The notes beneath the pieces were generated by a model. It was not told where the DNA came from, made no database searches, and was given only the letters and a program-made list of their open reading frames with translations. Both the position numbers and the translations under genes were made by a program. A DNA stretch of 64,000 nucleotides from the human T2T-CHM13v2.0 reference genome, Homo sapiens. Each line of letters begins with the position of its first letter. The first letter of the stretch is position 1. Below are positions 1 to 14,346 of the stretch, one piece after another. Where the stretch lies: assembly GCF_009914755.1 (NCBI RefSeq), contig NC_060927.1; one strand, written 5' to 3'.

Positions 1-1381
<1,381 letters not shown>

Positions 1382-2249
1382 TTTGCTCCCTGTACTATTC
1401 CTAACAGTGTATAACTATTGAGTGAAAAAAGTGAGTTTCTACCTGTTGCCTAAAATGATACAAAATCTACATTTGTATTTGCTCATATATACAAAATTAA
1501 CTCTGTAAATATAAGAAATTATATTTGTATTTTATAATATTTATATTAAATTACACATAATTATAATATTTATTGGGGAGCTGGACAGATGGGGTACAAA
1601 ACTAGGAAAAAGACTTCTCCCCATATACCTTTCTTCACTTTCCAGTGTTCTAGGTTTGTGAATATGTTGTCCCTTTGAAATACAAAATTACCTGAGAATA
1701 AATTCAACCAAAGAAAGATGTACAAAGGCATTCTGTATAGAATAAAAGAATTGCAACAAAATTTTTTTATATATTAATATATGTAAATACTACTTTTGTG
1801 CATTGGAGGACTATATAAATATCATAAAGATATCAATACTTTCCCAATCAATACACAGATTCAGTACAATTCCAAATGTGATTTGGAAGACTCAAAATCG
1901 TAACGATATTAGTTATCAAATTTATCTACATAATCAGTGTAGTTTTTAAAAACAGATGATTTGCAGAATTGGACAAGCTGATTCTAAAATTTATTCTGAT
2001 ATGCGAAGGGCCAGGAATAGTCAAGACACTCACAAAAACAAAGAATGAAGAGGACGGATTTGCTGTACCAGCTATCAGTACTAATTATGGAGTTAAACAA
2101 GTTAAAATACTCATGTTTTATAACAATCATGGTAACTGCCTTAAAATGATGATTGTTCAGAAAGTCAGTTTAATTTAGATACTAAGGATATTGAGGTTAT
2201 GTAACATTTGAGCAAGTGCTAGAACCAAAACTCAAGAAATACAATTACA

Positions 2250-2710
2250 GTCATGTACAGTGGCTCACACCTGTAATCCCAGCACTGTGGGAGGCCAAGG
2301 TGGGCGAATCACTTCAGCCTAGGAATTCGAGACCAGCCTGGGCAACATGGCGAAACCCCATCTTCACAAAATATACAAAAAATTAGCCAGGCACGGAGGT
2401 GCATACCTGTAGTTTTTATATATTAATATATGTAAATACTACTTTTTGTGCATTGGAGGACTATATAAATATCATAAAGATATCAGTAATTTCTCAATCA
2501 ATACACAGATTCAGTACAATTCCAAATGTGATTTGGAAGACTCAAAATCATAACAATATCAGTTCTCCTCAAATTAGTCCCAGCTACCCAGGAGGCTGAG
2601 GTGGGAGAATGATCTGAGCCCAGGAGGTCGAGGCTGCCGTGAGCCATGATCATGCTATCACACTCCAGCCTGGGCAACAGAGTGAGACCCTGTCTCAAAA
2701 CAAACAAAGA
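2250..2710 (+). mobile_element. AluJ-like element carrying a ~160 bp internal non-Alu insertion
   Basis: The Alu right arm is split at CCTGTAGT|CCCAGCTAC. Confidence 0.85.
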
Positions 2711-3350
2711 AATACAATGACATAACCTCCTTAATTACTTATAACTTACCAGTATTTATTTAGAACTCTCAGAGTATGACACTAAATGACTAATTCATAA
2801 CTTATCACTATCTATTCCATAATATTCTTTTTAAAAAACCACATTAATGGAATATTAAATTTTGGCTTGTTGAATTCAGTAGCACTTCCATATTGCACCT
2901 TTAGATATAATAAGTCAAATTCTGCCTTCACAAATGCCCATAGTCAGTTAAAAGCTGTATTTGCACAAAGTTGTGCTTTATTTAAACTGAAATGGAGCTT
3001 TCCATGGAAAGAACCAATGGTCTCCTCTTGCCTAAAGGAGTAAAGGATGGCAGCAACCTTGGGAGTACCTTAGGGACTTTCAGTCCATTGACTTTAAAAT
3101 ATGGCCTTCAAACCACCTACATTCTAAAGGAAAAGAGGCACTGGGAGGAAGGAAGGAGGGAGACAGGGTAAGATAGAAAGAGGCTGAGTAACACTGACAA
3201 ATTCTCTCCCCAAGAGGTAAAATTTATCCTAAGTTCCTCAGGCGTGCTCTAAGGCGCAAAATCAAAAAACTTTTATAGGATATTAATACTTGTCAGCCAG
3301 AGTATGTCAGAACATGTCAAACAGCAACAGAGTTAATCAGACAGTCTCAC

Positions 3351-3458
3351 CTGGGTGGCTACAAGATAGATCAGCTCCCCAAGGGTTGGTAAAAGGCACT
3401 GTTTTAATTTGCTGTTCCTGAAGTTTTCCCTAATTAATTCAGTTAAGAGAACAATTGC
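3351..3458 (-). CDS. ULK4: ULK4 coding exon (probably exon 18), 108 nt, AIVLLTELIRENFRNSKLKQCLLPTLGELIYLVATQ
   Basis: Minus strand reads ttttgtctttgcag|GCAATTGTT...GCCACCCAG|gtgaga. Phase 0/0, 36 codons with no stop, helical HEAT/ARM-like sequence. Confidence 0.95.
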
Positions 3459-3687
3459 CTGCAAAGACAAAAAAAAAAAAAGTAAATTATTTCAAATGTA
3501 TCTCTCAGTTCTTAAACCTATATGTAAAAAGCAGGATACCCTGTAAAAGTCACCATTTTTAAGAACTATTTTCCAAATTATTTTCAAAATATGGGCCTTA
3601 TATTCCTGAAAATACAGTAACTCTCCCAGATGAAGTTTAGAAATATATTCAGTAAAATAAACACATATAGCCCTTTTCAGTTTATAA

Positions 3688-3959
3688 TTTTTTTTTTAAC
3701 CCAGGCTGGAGTGCAGTGGCATAATCTTGGTTAACTACAACCTCTGCCTCCTGGGTTCAAGAGATTCTTGTGCCTCAACCTCCCGAGTAGCTGGGATTAC
3801 AAGCGCACGCCACCAAGTCCGGCTAATTTTTGTATTCTTAGTAGAGACGGGGTTTTGCCATGTTGGCCAGGCTGATCTCAAACTCCTGGCCTCAAGATCC
3901 ACCCACCTCGACCTCCCAAAGTGCTGGGATTACAGGAGTGAGTCAGTGCACCTGACTCA
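3688..3959 (-). mobile_element. Alu
   Basis: Alu consensus with TSD CTTTTCAGTTTATAA at 3673-3687 and 3960-3974. Confidence 0.9.
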
Positions 3960-5051
3960 CTTTTCAGTTTATAAAGCACTTCCACCGTATCACTAATCCT
4001 GAGAGGCAATTAATTGCTGCCCTATCTTTAAAGAGTAAATAGAGGCTGAGAGAGGTTCCAGCAACTGGCCCCAAGCCATCCAGTTCACTTGGACAGCCAG
4101 GATCCTAAAACGAATTTTACCATGCCACGTCCCTGGTATGCTCCGGCACAACACAGTTTAAAAAGTTCTTATATTGCATTAAACTTTTACATGATTCCTT
4201 AAAAAATCAGAGCCTGAGAATGTTATACTAAAGTTGTAATATAATGTACGCTGAAACTCGACAGCATGTTTTATCAGATCTAGTTAATGTCCTAGGAGTC
4301 ATGCTAAGAAAATCACATACACTCATTGCCAGAGTTCATACACCAGAACACAGGTTAATCAAATCATAGTGCGACCATGATTAGGACAGAACAGTTTCGG
4401 AATGACATACAGAATGGCTCCACTCTGAGAAGGAAAAAAATGTATATAAAATAGTGTGGAAGCACTACTCTCAATGTGACTCAAAGTGTGGTGCACAGAC
4501 AAGACTATTTCTTACCATTGACAAAGACGTTAGTTTAAAAACTGAAAGTGCTTAAAAACTTCAAAGCAATTTGACAATTCCACAACATCCAAGCATGCAA
4601 TCACTGGTCTCATTTTGCAAATAAGAGTATGAAAAAGTTGGAGATGCAGGTGGGACAGCTGCACAGTAGTCATGCACTGTAGGAGTACTTGTTAATGTGC
4701 GATTTAACAGCTTTACTGAGGTATAACTTATATAAAATCAATGCATATATTTAAAGTGTACAAATAGACACATTTGGCATATGTATACACCTGTGAAATC
4801 ATCACTGCAATCAAGATAACAAAAGCCCTCCAGTGTTTCCTCCATGTCCTTTTGTAATCCCTCTTTCCTACTTACTTCTTTCCTCTCCTCCCCAGAAAGC
4901 CATCAATTTACTTTCTGTCATTAGCATGTATTTTCTAAATTTTATGTTGATCATATACTATATTAGATCATACACTATATATTCTTTTTTGTCTGGCTTC
5001 TTTCAGCATAATGCATTTGAGATTCATCCATGTTGCTGCATATATCAATAA

Positions 5052-5347
5052 CTTTTTTTTTTTTTTTCCAGACAGAGTCTCACTCTGTCACCCAGGCTGG
5101 AATGCAGTCGCACGATCTCAGCTCACTGCAACCTCTGCCTCCTGAGTTCAAGTGATTCTCCTGCCTCAGCCTGAGTAGTTGGGATTACAGGTACACACCA
5201 CCATGGCCAGCTGATTTTTGTATTTTTAGTAGAGACTGGGTTTCGCCATGTTGGCCCGGGTAGTTTCGAACTCCTGACTTCAAGTGATCCACCCACCTCA
5301 GCCTCCCAAAGTGCTGGGATTACAGGTACGAGCCACTGTGTCCAGCC
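5052..5347 (-). mobile_element. AluS inside an old L1 fragment
   Basis: Alu consensus with poly-T. Confidence 0.9.
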
Positions 5348-6555
5348 AGTTCATTCCTTCTTATTGCTGAACGTATTCTATTGTATGGATGTACCAAACG
5401 TGTAACTCTCACCACTCACTGCCTTACACATAATACATCATCTAGATGAAGTGGGTGAGGAAGAAAAAGGAACCATGTAGCTTCACATCAGTCCTTGCAG
5501 CAGGTCACTTCTACACAGTCTTCCTTTTCCTTTGACCTTTGCTGATCATCTACTACACTGAATCATCTGAAACTGCCAGTGTTTAGCAATTTTTTACCTA
5601 CAAAAACAGCAAACTGTCACCAGCACACTACTCTAAAAGAGAAAGAAAATGACGAAAGAAGAAACCTTGAAATAATCAGAGAGGAAGCAAGAACACAGTA
5701 GGCCAAAATATAGGTAAATACAATAGGATTTCTTACTGCTATTAAGTTTTCTAAATTATCTTTCGTAGTTGAGCAAAAATTGTAAAAATGTCTGATTGGG
5801 TTCTAAAGACATTTAGAGAATACATTCAAGATAATTATATAAAAATGAGAGAGGGTAAAGGGATGAAAAGGAGGGTACATTTTCTACACTTCAACTAGTA
5901 AAACGGTGACACCAGTAGACTGTTTTATGTATGTATGTATATAATACATACAGCAATCACTAAAAAGAATCCATACAAAGAGATATACTTAAAAGCACTA
6001 CAGAAAAAGTCCAAATGGAGTGGTAAAAAAAAATGTTCAGTAAACCACAGGAAGGTAATAAAAAGAAAATGGAAATGAAAAACACTGAGAACAAACAGAA
6101 AACAAAAATAAAATTACAGACTTAGGATCAAACACATCAATAATTACACTAAATCTAAGTCAATAAATCAATAAATTCATACCAATCCTAAATGTGTATC
6201 ACTCAACAAAAGAGCTGCCAAATATGTGAAGCAAAAACTGATCGAACTTGGACGATAAACAGACATCCACAATTACAGTTGTGAACTTCAACACCCCCCT
6301 CTCATGCACAGAAAGACAAATACTGCATCATCTTCCTCATATGTGAAATCCAAAAAAGTGAAATTTATAGACATGGAGAGTAGAACAGTGCTTACCTGAA
6401 GCTGGGGGTGGAGTGGGGAATAGGGAGATGTTGATCAAAGGGTACAAACCTTCAGTTAGACAGGAGGAACAAGTTTTCAAGATCTATTGCACAGCACGGT
6501 GACCATAGTTCATAATAACACTTATTTCACAATTGCTGAAAGAGTAGATTTTACG

Positions 6556-6843
<288 letters not shown>

Positions 6844-7633
6844 TTACATGTTCTCACTACAAAAAATACTAAATATGTGAAGTAATAGATATAACATATA
6901 TAATATATACATATAATATATACATTGTATATAATAATATACAATTATTTGCTAATTAAATTTTTTATTTCTAAATTTTAAAAAATGATAAAACTATATA
7001 GAAAATGAGCAGACATCAAAATAATAAAGGAATACTACGAACAACTGTATATATATAAATTTCACCACATAGAAAAAATGGACCAACTCCTCAAAAAAAA
7101 CTAACTATCACAACTCACCCAATATGAAACAGATAATTATTTGCAAATGACATGATTGTCAACACAGAAAGTCCCAAAGAGTCTAAAGAAAAAAACTCCC
7201 TAGAACTAGTGAGTTCTGCAAGGTCACAGGATACAATGTTAACATTCAAAATACAACTGTACTCCTATATATTGGCAATAAACACATGGAAACTGAAATT
7301 TAAAACACCATTTACAATCCCCCCCAAAAAAACAATACTCAGGTAAAAATCTAACAAAACAGGTACAGGATTTGTATGCTGAAACTACACAATGCTATTT
7401 AAAAAAATCAAAGAACATCTAAATAAATGGAGTAATAGACTATGTTCATAGATAGGAAGACTCAACGTAGTGGAAAATGTCAAATTCTCCCCATATTAAT
7501 GGACAGATCTAATCAAATTCCTACCAAAATCCTGAAACAATTCTTTATAGATATCAAAATTATTATAAAAGTTATATGGAAAGGCAAAAGAATTAGAACA
7601 GCCAAAACAATTTTGAAAAAGGAAGAAAATGTG

Positions 7634-9815
7634 GGCCAGGCACAGTGACTCAGTCCTGTAATACCAACACTTTGGGAGGCCAATACGGGAGGATGGCTTG
7701 AGTTCAGGTGTTTGAGACCAACCTGGACAACAAAGCAAGACCCTGTCTCTACAAAAATAATTTTAAAAAAAGAGTTAGCCAGGCATGGTGGTGCATGCTT
7801 AGAGTCCTAGCTACTCAAGAGACTAAGGTGGCTCTCCTTCTCCCTCTCCCTTGCCCTCTCCCTCTCCCTCTCCCCCTTTCTTTCTTCAGTCTCCCTCTGT
7901 TGCCGAGGCTGGACTGTACTGCCGTGGTCTCAGCTCGCTGCAGCCTCCCTGCCCCAGGCTCCGATGGTTCTCCTGCCTCGGCCTGCCGAGTGCCTGCGAT
8001 TGCAGGCGCGCGCCGCCACACCTGACTGGTTTTTGTATTTTTGGAGGAGACAGGGTTTTGCCCTGTTGACCAGGCTGGTCTCCGGCTCCTGACCTCGAGT
8101 GGTCTGCCCACCTCGGCCTCCCGGGGTGCTGGGATTGCAGACGGAGTCTCGCTCACTCAATGCTCAGTGTTGCCCAGGCTGGAGTGCAGTGGTGTGATCT
8201 CAGATCGCCACAACCTCCACCTTCCAGCCGCCTGCCTTGGCCTCCCAAAGTGCTAAGATTACAGCCTCTGCCCGGCTGCCACTCCATCTGGGAAGTGGGG
8301 AGCGTCTCTGCCTAGCCACCCATTGTCTGGGATGTGGGGAGCCCCTCTGCCTGGCTGCCCCATCTGGGAAGTGAGGAGCGCCTCTGCCCTGCCACCACCC
8401 TGTCTGGGATGTGAGGAGCGCCTCTGCCCGGCCACCCCGTCTGGGAAGTGAGGAGCGCCTCTGCCCTGCTACCACCCCGTCTGGGATGTGAGGAGCGCCT
8501 CTGCCCGGCCGCCCCGTCTGGGAAGTGAGGAGCGCCTCTGCCTGGCCGCCCATCATCTGGGATGTGAGAAGCGCCTCTGCCCAGCCGCCACCCGTCTGGG
8601 AGGTGAGGAGCGCCTCTGCTCGGCCGCCACCCCGTCTGGGATGTCAGCTGCCCCGACTGGGAGGTGAGGAGCGCCTCTGCCCGGCCGCCCCGCCTGGGAG
8701 GTGGGGAGCACCTCTGCCCAGCCGCCCTTCATCTGGGAGGTGGGGAGCGCCTCTGCCTGGCCGCCCCGTCTGGGAAGTGGGCGCCTCTGCCCGGCCGCCC
8801 CGTCTGGGAGGTGAGGGGCGTCTCTGTCCGGCCACCCCGCCTGGGAAGTGAGGAGCGCCTCTGCCCGGCTGCCCTTCGTGTGGGAGGTAGAGAGCGCCTG
8901 TGCCCGGCCGCCCCGTCTGGGAAGTGGGCACCTCTGCCCGGCCGCCCCGTCTGGGAGGTGAGGGGCGTCTCTGCCCGGCTGCCCCACCTGGGAAGTGAGA
9001 AGCACCTCTGCCCAGCCGCCCTTCGTCTGGGAGGTGGGGAGCACCTCTGCCCGGCAGCCCCATCTGGGAAGTGAGGAGTGCCTCTGCCAGGCCGCCCCAT
9101 CTGGGAAGTGTACCCAACATCTCCAAAGAGACAGCGACCATCGAGAACGGGCCATGATGACGATGGCGGTTTTGTCGAAAAGAAAAGGGGAAATGTGGGG
9201 AAAAGAAAGAGAGATCAGATTGTTACTGTGTCTGTGTAGAAAGAAGTTGACATAGGAGATACCATTTTGTTCTGTACTAAGAAAAATTCTTCTGCCTTGG
9301 GATGCTGTTAATCTGTAACCTTACCCCCAACCCCGTGCTCTCTGAAACAAGTGCTGTGTCAACTCAGGGTTAAATGGATTAAGGGTGGTGCAAGATATGC
9401 TTTGTTAAACAGATGCTTGAAGGCAGCATGCTCATTAAGAGTCATCACCACTCCCTAATCTCAAGCACCCAGGGACACAAACACTGCCAAAGGCCACAGG
9501 GACCTCTGCCTAGGAAAACCAGAGACCTTTGTTCACGTGTTTATATGCTGACCTTCTCTCCACTATTATCCTATGACCCTGCCACATCCCCCTCTCTGAG
9601 AAAACCCAAGAATGATCAATAAATACAAAAAAAAAAAAAAGAAAATAACGCTGCAATGAACATGTAAAAAAAAAAATAAAAAAAAAGAAGACTAAGGTGG
9701 GAGGACTGCTTGAGTCCCGAAGTTCAAGGTTGCAGTGAGCTATGATCAAGCCACTGTACTGCAGCCTGGGCAACAGAGTGAAACCCCCATATAAAAAGGG
9801 AAAAAAGAAAAAAAA
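7634..9815 (+). mobile_element. AluJ split by the SVA (7634-7831 and 9689-9815)
   Basis: The Alu right arm resumes at GACTAAGGTGGGAGGACTGCTTGAG after the SVA. Confidence 0.85.
7832..9688 (+). mobile_element. Full-length SVA (older, A/B-like), antisense to ULK4
   Basis: Has a CCCTCT hexamer head, an Alu-like domain, a GC-rich VNTR (~8270-9110), SINE-R, AATAAA and poly-A. TSD AGACTAAGGTGG at 7820-7831 and 9689-9700. Confidence 0.95.
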
Positions 9816-9881
9816 TGGTTGCAATTATTCTACCTGGTTTCAAGACTTATACAGCTACAGTAATGAAAACTGTTTGGAAAT

Positions 9882-10294
9882 TGATATAGTTTGGATATTC
9901 ATCCCCTCCAAATCTCATGTTGAAATCTGATCCCCAGTGTTGGACGTGGGGCCTTGTGGTAGGTATTTGTATGATGGGGCAGATCCCTCATGAATGGCTT
10001 AATGCCATTCTTGTGGGATTGAGTGAGTTCTCACTCTTAGTTCTCAGGAGATCTGGCTGTTAAAAAGAATCTGGCACCTCCCTCCTCTCTCTTTCCTTCT
10101 CTCCGACCATGGGATGTCTACTCCCCTTCACCTTCTGCCATGAGTGGAAACAGCCTGAAGCCCTCACCAGAAGCAGATGCTGGCACCATGCTTCTTCTAT
10201 AGCCTGCAGAACCGTGAGCCAAATAAACCTCTTTTCTTTATAAATTATCCTGCCTCAGGTATTCCTTTACAACAAAGCAAAACAGGCTAACACA
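9882..10294. mobile_element. MaLR solo LTR (MST-type)
   Basis: TGATATAGTTTGGATATT...CCAAATCTCATGTTGAAAT...GCTAACACA, with TG...CA ends. Confidence 0.85.
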
Positions 10295-10830
10295 GGCATT
10301 ACTGGTGGGATAGGCACATAGATCAATGGAACCAAACAGAATTCAGAAATAGCTCCACACAAGAATAGCCAAGAGATTTTTGACAAAGGTGCAAAGGCAG
10401 TCCAATGGAGAAAAGTCAACTTTTTCAATAAATAGTGCTGAAGCCATCAGGCATCCATAGGAAAGCAAAAAGTGAACCTTGACCTAAGTCTGGTACTTGA
10501 CACAAAAAATTAACTCAAAATGGATCACAGACTTAAATGTAAAACATAAAACTATAAACCTTCTAGAAGAAAATATAGGATAACGTCTTCAGGATCTAGT
10601 ACTAGGTTAAAAAGTACACTTGACACCAAAAGCACAGAGACATTGTACCAAAGAGAATATGCAGCCACCAAATAAGCACATAAAAAGATGTTCAACATCA
10701 TTGGCAACTAGGGAAATATAAATTAAAACCAAAATAAGATATCACTACACACTCATCAGAATGGTAAAAATAAAAAATAGTGACAACACCAAAAGCTGCC
10801 AAGGATGATGAGAAACAGAATCACTCATAC

Positions 10831-12216
10831 TGTGTCCGGAATTGGTGGGTTCTTGGTCTCACTGACTTCAAGAATGAAGCTGCGGACCCTCGCGGTGAGT
10901 GTTACAGTTCTTAAAGGCGGTGTGTCGGGAGTTTGTTCCTTCTGATGTTCGGATGTATTTGGAGTTTCCTCCTTCTGGTGGGGTTCGTGGTTTCACTAGC
11001 TCAGGAGTGAAGCTGCGGACCTTCATGGTGAGTGTTACAGCTCTTAAGGCAGTGCTCTGGAGTTGTTCCTTCCTCCCGGTGGGTTCCTGGTCTCCCTGGC
11101 TTCAGGAGTGAAGCTGCAGACCTTCGTGGTGAGTGTTACAGCTCATAAAGGCAGTGTGGACCCAAAGAGTGAGCAGCAGCAAGATTTATTGCAAAGAGCA
11201 AAAGAACAAAGCTTCCACAGTGTGGAAGGGGACCCGAGTGGGTTGCCACTGCTGGCTCGGGCAGCCTGCTTTTATTCTCTTATCTGGCCCCACCCACATC
11301 CTGCTGATTGGTAGAGCCGAGTGGTCTGTTTTGGCAGGGCACTGACTGGTGCGTTTACAATCCCTGAGCTAGACACAAAGGTTCTCCACGTCCCCACTAG
11401 ATTAGCTAGATACAGAGTGTCTGCACAAAGGTTCTCCAAGTCCCCACCAGAGTAGCTAGATACAGAGTGTCCATTGGTGCATTCACAAACCCTGAGTTAG
11501 ACACAGGGTGCTGATTGGTGTACTTACAATCCCTTAGCTAGACATAAAGGTTCTGCAAGTCCCCACCAGACTCGGGAGCACCGCTGGCTTCACCCAGTGG
11601 ATCCCCCACCGGGGCCGCAGGTGGAGCTGCCTGCCAGTCCCGTGCCCTGTGCCCACACTCCTCAGCCCTTGGGTGGTTGATGGGACTGGGCAGCATGGAG
11701 CAGGGGGCGGCGCTCGCTGGGGAGACTCGGGCTGCACAGGAGCCCGCGGAGGGGGTGGGAGGCTCAGGCATGGTGGGCTGCAGGTCCCGAGCCCTGCCCC
11801 ATGGGAAGGCAGCTAAGGCCGGGCGAGAAATCGAGCGCAGCGCCGGTGGGCCGGCACTGCTGAGGGACCCAGCACACCCTCCGCAGCCGCTGGCCCAGGT
11901 GCTAAGCTCCTCATTGCCCGGGGCCGGCAGGGCCAGCCGGCCTGAGTGCAGGGCGCGCCAAGCCCATGCCCACCCAGAACTCCAGCTGGCCCGCAAGCAC
12001 CCCACACAGCCCCGGTTGCCGCTCGCGCCTCTCCCTCCACATCTCCCTGCAAGCTGAGGGAGCCGGCTCCAGCCTTGGCCAGCCCAGAAAGGAGTTCCCA
12101 CAGTGCAGCAGCAGGCTGAAGGGCTCCTCAAGTGCCGCCAAAGTGGGAGCCCAGGCAGAGGAGGCGCCAAGAGCGAGCGAGGGCTGTGAGGGCTGCCAGC
12201 ACGCTGTCACCTCTCA
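10831..12216 (-). mobile_element. LTR12 (LTR12C-like, ERV9) solo LTR, same orientation as ULK4
   Basis: Minus strand reads TGAGAGGTGACAGCGTGCTGGC...CCAATTCCGGACACA. Perfect 4-bp TSD ATAC at 10827-10830 and 12217-12220, with a CpG-rich U3. Confidence 0.95.
11185..11560 (-). promoter_or_regulatory. LTR12 enhancer/promoter core: CCAAT and GATA repeats, TATA-like AATAAA (~11270), R-region poly(A) signal (11185-11190)
   Basis: CCAAT boxes (ATTGG on +) near 11307, 11473 and 11514, repeated GCTAGATACAG units, and known ERV9 LTR architecture. Confidence 0.6.
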
Positions 12217-12443
12217 ATACGTTGCTGGTGAGAATGTAAAACACTACAGTCACTCGGAAAACTTTGGAGGTTTTTCTAAAAAAAAAAAAAAAAAAAACAG
12301 CAACTAAATATGCAATTACCACAGGACCCAGCAATTGCACTCCTGAGCATTTATCCAAGAGAAAGGAAGGCTGTTGTCCACACAAACATCTGTAAATGGA
12401 TGTTTATAGCAATTTTATTTGTAATTGTCAAAACTGGAAATGA

Positions 12444-12750
<307 letters not shown>

Positions 12751-14001
12751 ACCCAGATATCTTTCAATGGGTAAGTGGTTAAATAAACTGTGATTCAACC
12801 ACACCACAGAATACTTCACAGCAATAAAAATGAACAAACAACTGATACATCCAACAACCTAGATGAATTTCCAGAAAATTACACCAAATGAAAAAAGCCA
12901 ACCACCAACCACAAAAGGTTACAAACCATATGACTATTTATACAACATTCTCAAAATGACAAAAATATATAAATGGAAAACAGATTGGCTTCGGGGGTGG
13001 AGGGCAGCACACACAGCAGGGTAAGAGGATAGGGTCATAAAAAGGGAATATGAGGGATCCTTGCAGTGATGAAACTCTTCTTTTCCTTAACTGTTTCAAT
13101 GTCAATATTCTGGTTGTAAAATTGTATTATACTTTTTTAAGACATTATCATGAAGGAAAACTGGATGAAGTATACACAGGATCTCTCTATTATTTCTTAC
13201 AGAGAGAAACTATTATTATTCTATATTATTTGTAATATAGTTTTGATATTTGTCCCCCCCAAATCTCATGTTGAAATTTGATCCCCAATGTTGGATCACA
13301 ACTGGGCATGAATCCACAATTATCTCAAAACAAAAAGTTTAATTTAAAAAACTGTCAACCTCATATTAAATTCAAAACCCAGATCTGGCTTTCTGCTTCA
13401 CAAAGTTAGTGGCAGGGATTTACAGCATTTCTCCATTTTATAATCCACTAGTATTTTGTGTCAGCAAGCGTCACTGGAAATTTAAAACATTTTAATGCTA
13501 CAGACCCTTAAAGTGATAAAACTGTCTGGACTGCCTCCAGCATAATAGAAATTGCTTTAGAACTCAATGTCTTGTAAATAGACACACATCATATAATTTA
13601 TTCCAGTAATGCCACAGCAACCTCACATCTCACTTGCAAAAGTTAACTTTGGATAGCATTAAAAAGTACTCAACAGATAATGGTTCTCCTCAAGGTTATT
13701 TGTATAGATTTTCCATTTGCTGTATTACAAATTTAAAGAAATAATAATAAAAAGAAAAATATAAGAATAAAGAACAAATATAACACATAAAAGACAAACA
13801 CCAAGGGTAAAAAATGTATCTGTTGACCTAGGTACAATGGCAGTTGAAAATGCCAATACTAAATGAATAAGGTAAAATAGATTTAGCTCTTCAAACTCAG
13901 AAATCCAAGGAATATGTGGATATTGTTATTATGCATGTTTTCCTCTAGTCTTTAAAAATCCTCCTGGCCTTCTAACATTGAAATTACTGTTAAAAATCCT
14001 A

Positions 14002-14346
<345 letters not shown>

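Noticed and set aside
7708-9255. Many overlapping GC-rich ORFs
   Set aside because: They come from the SVA Alu-like and VNTR domains.
11534-12385. 210-aa and other ORFs, CpG-island-like
   Set aside because: They lie in the GC-rich U3 of LTR12 and have no gene features.
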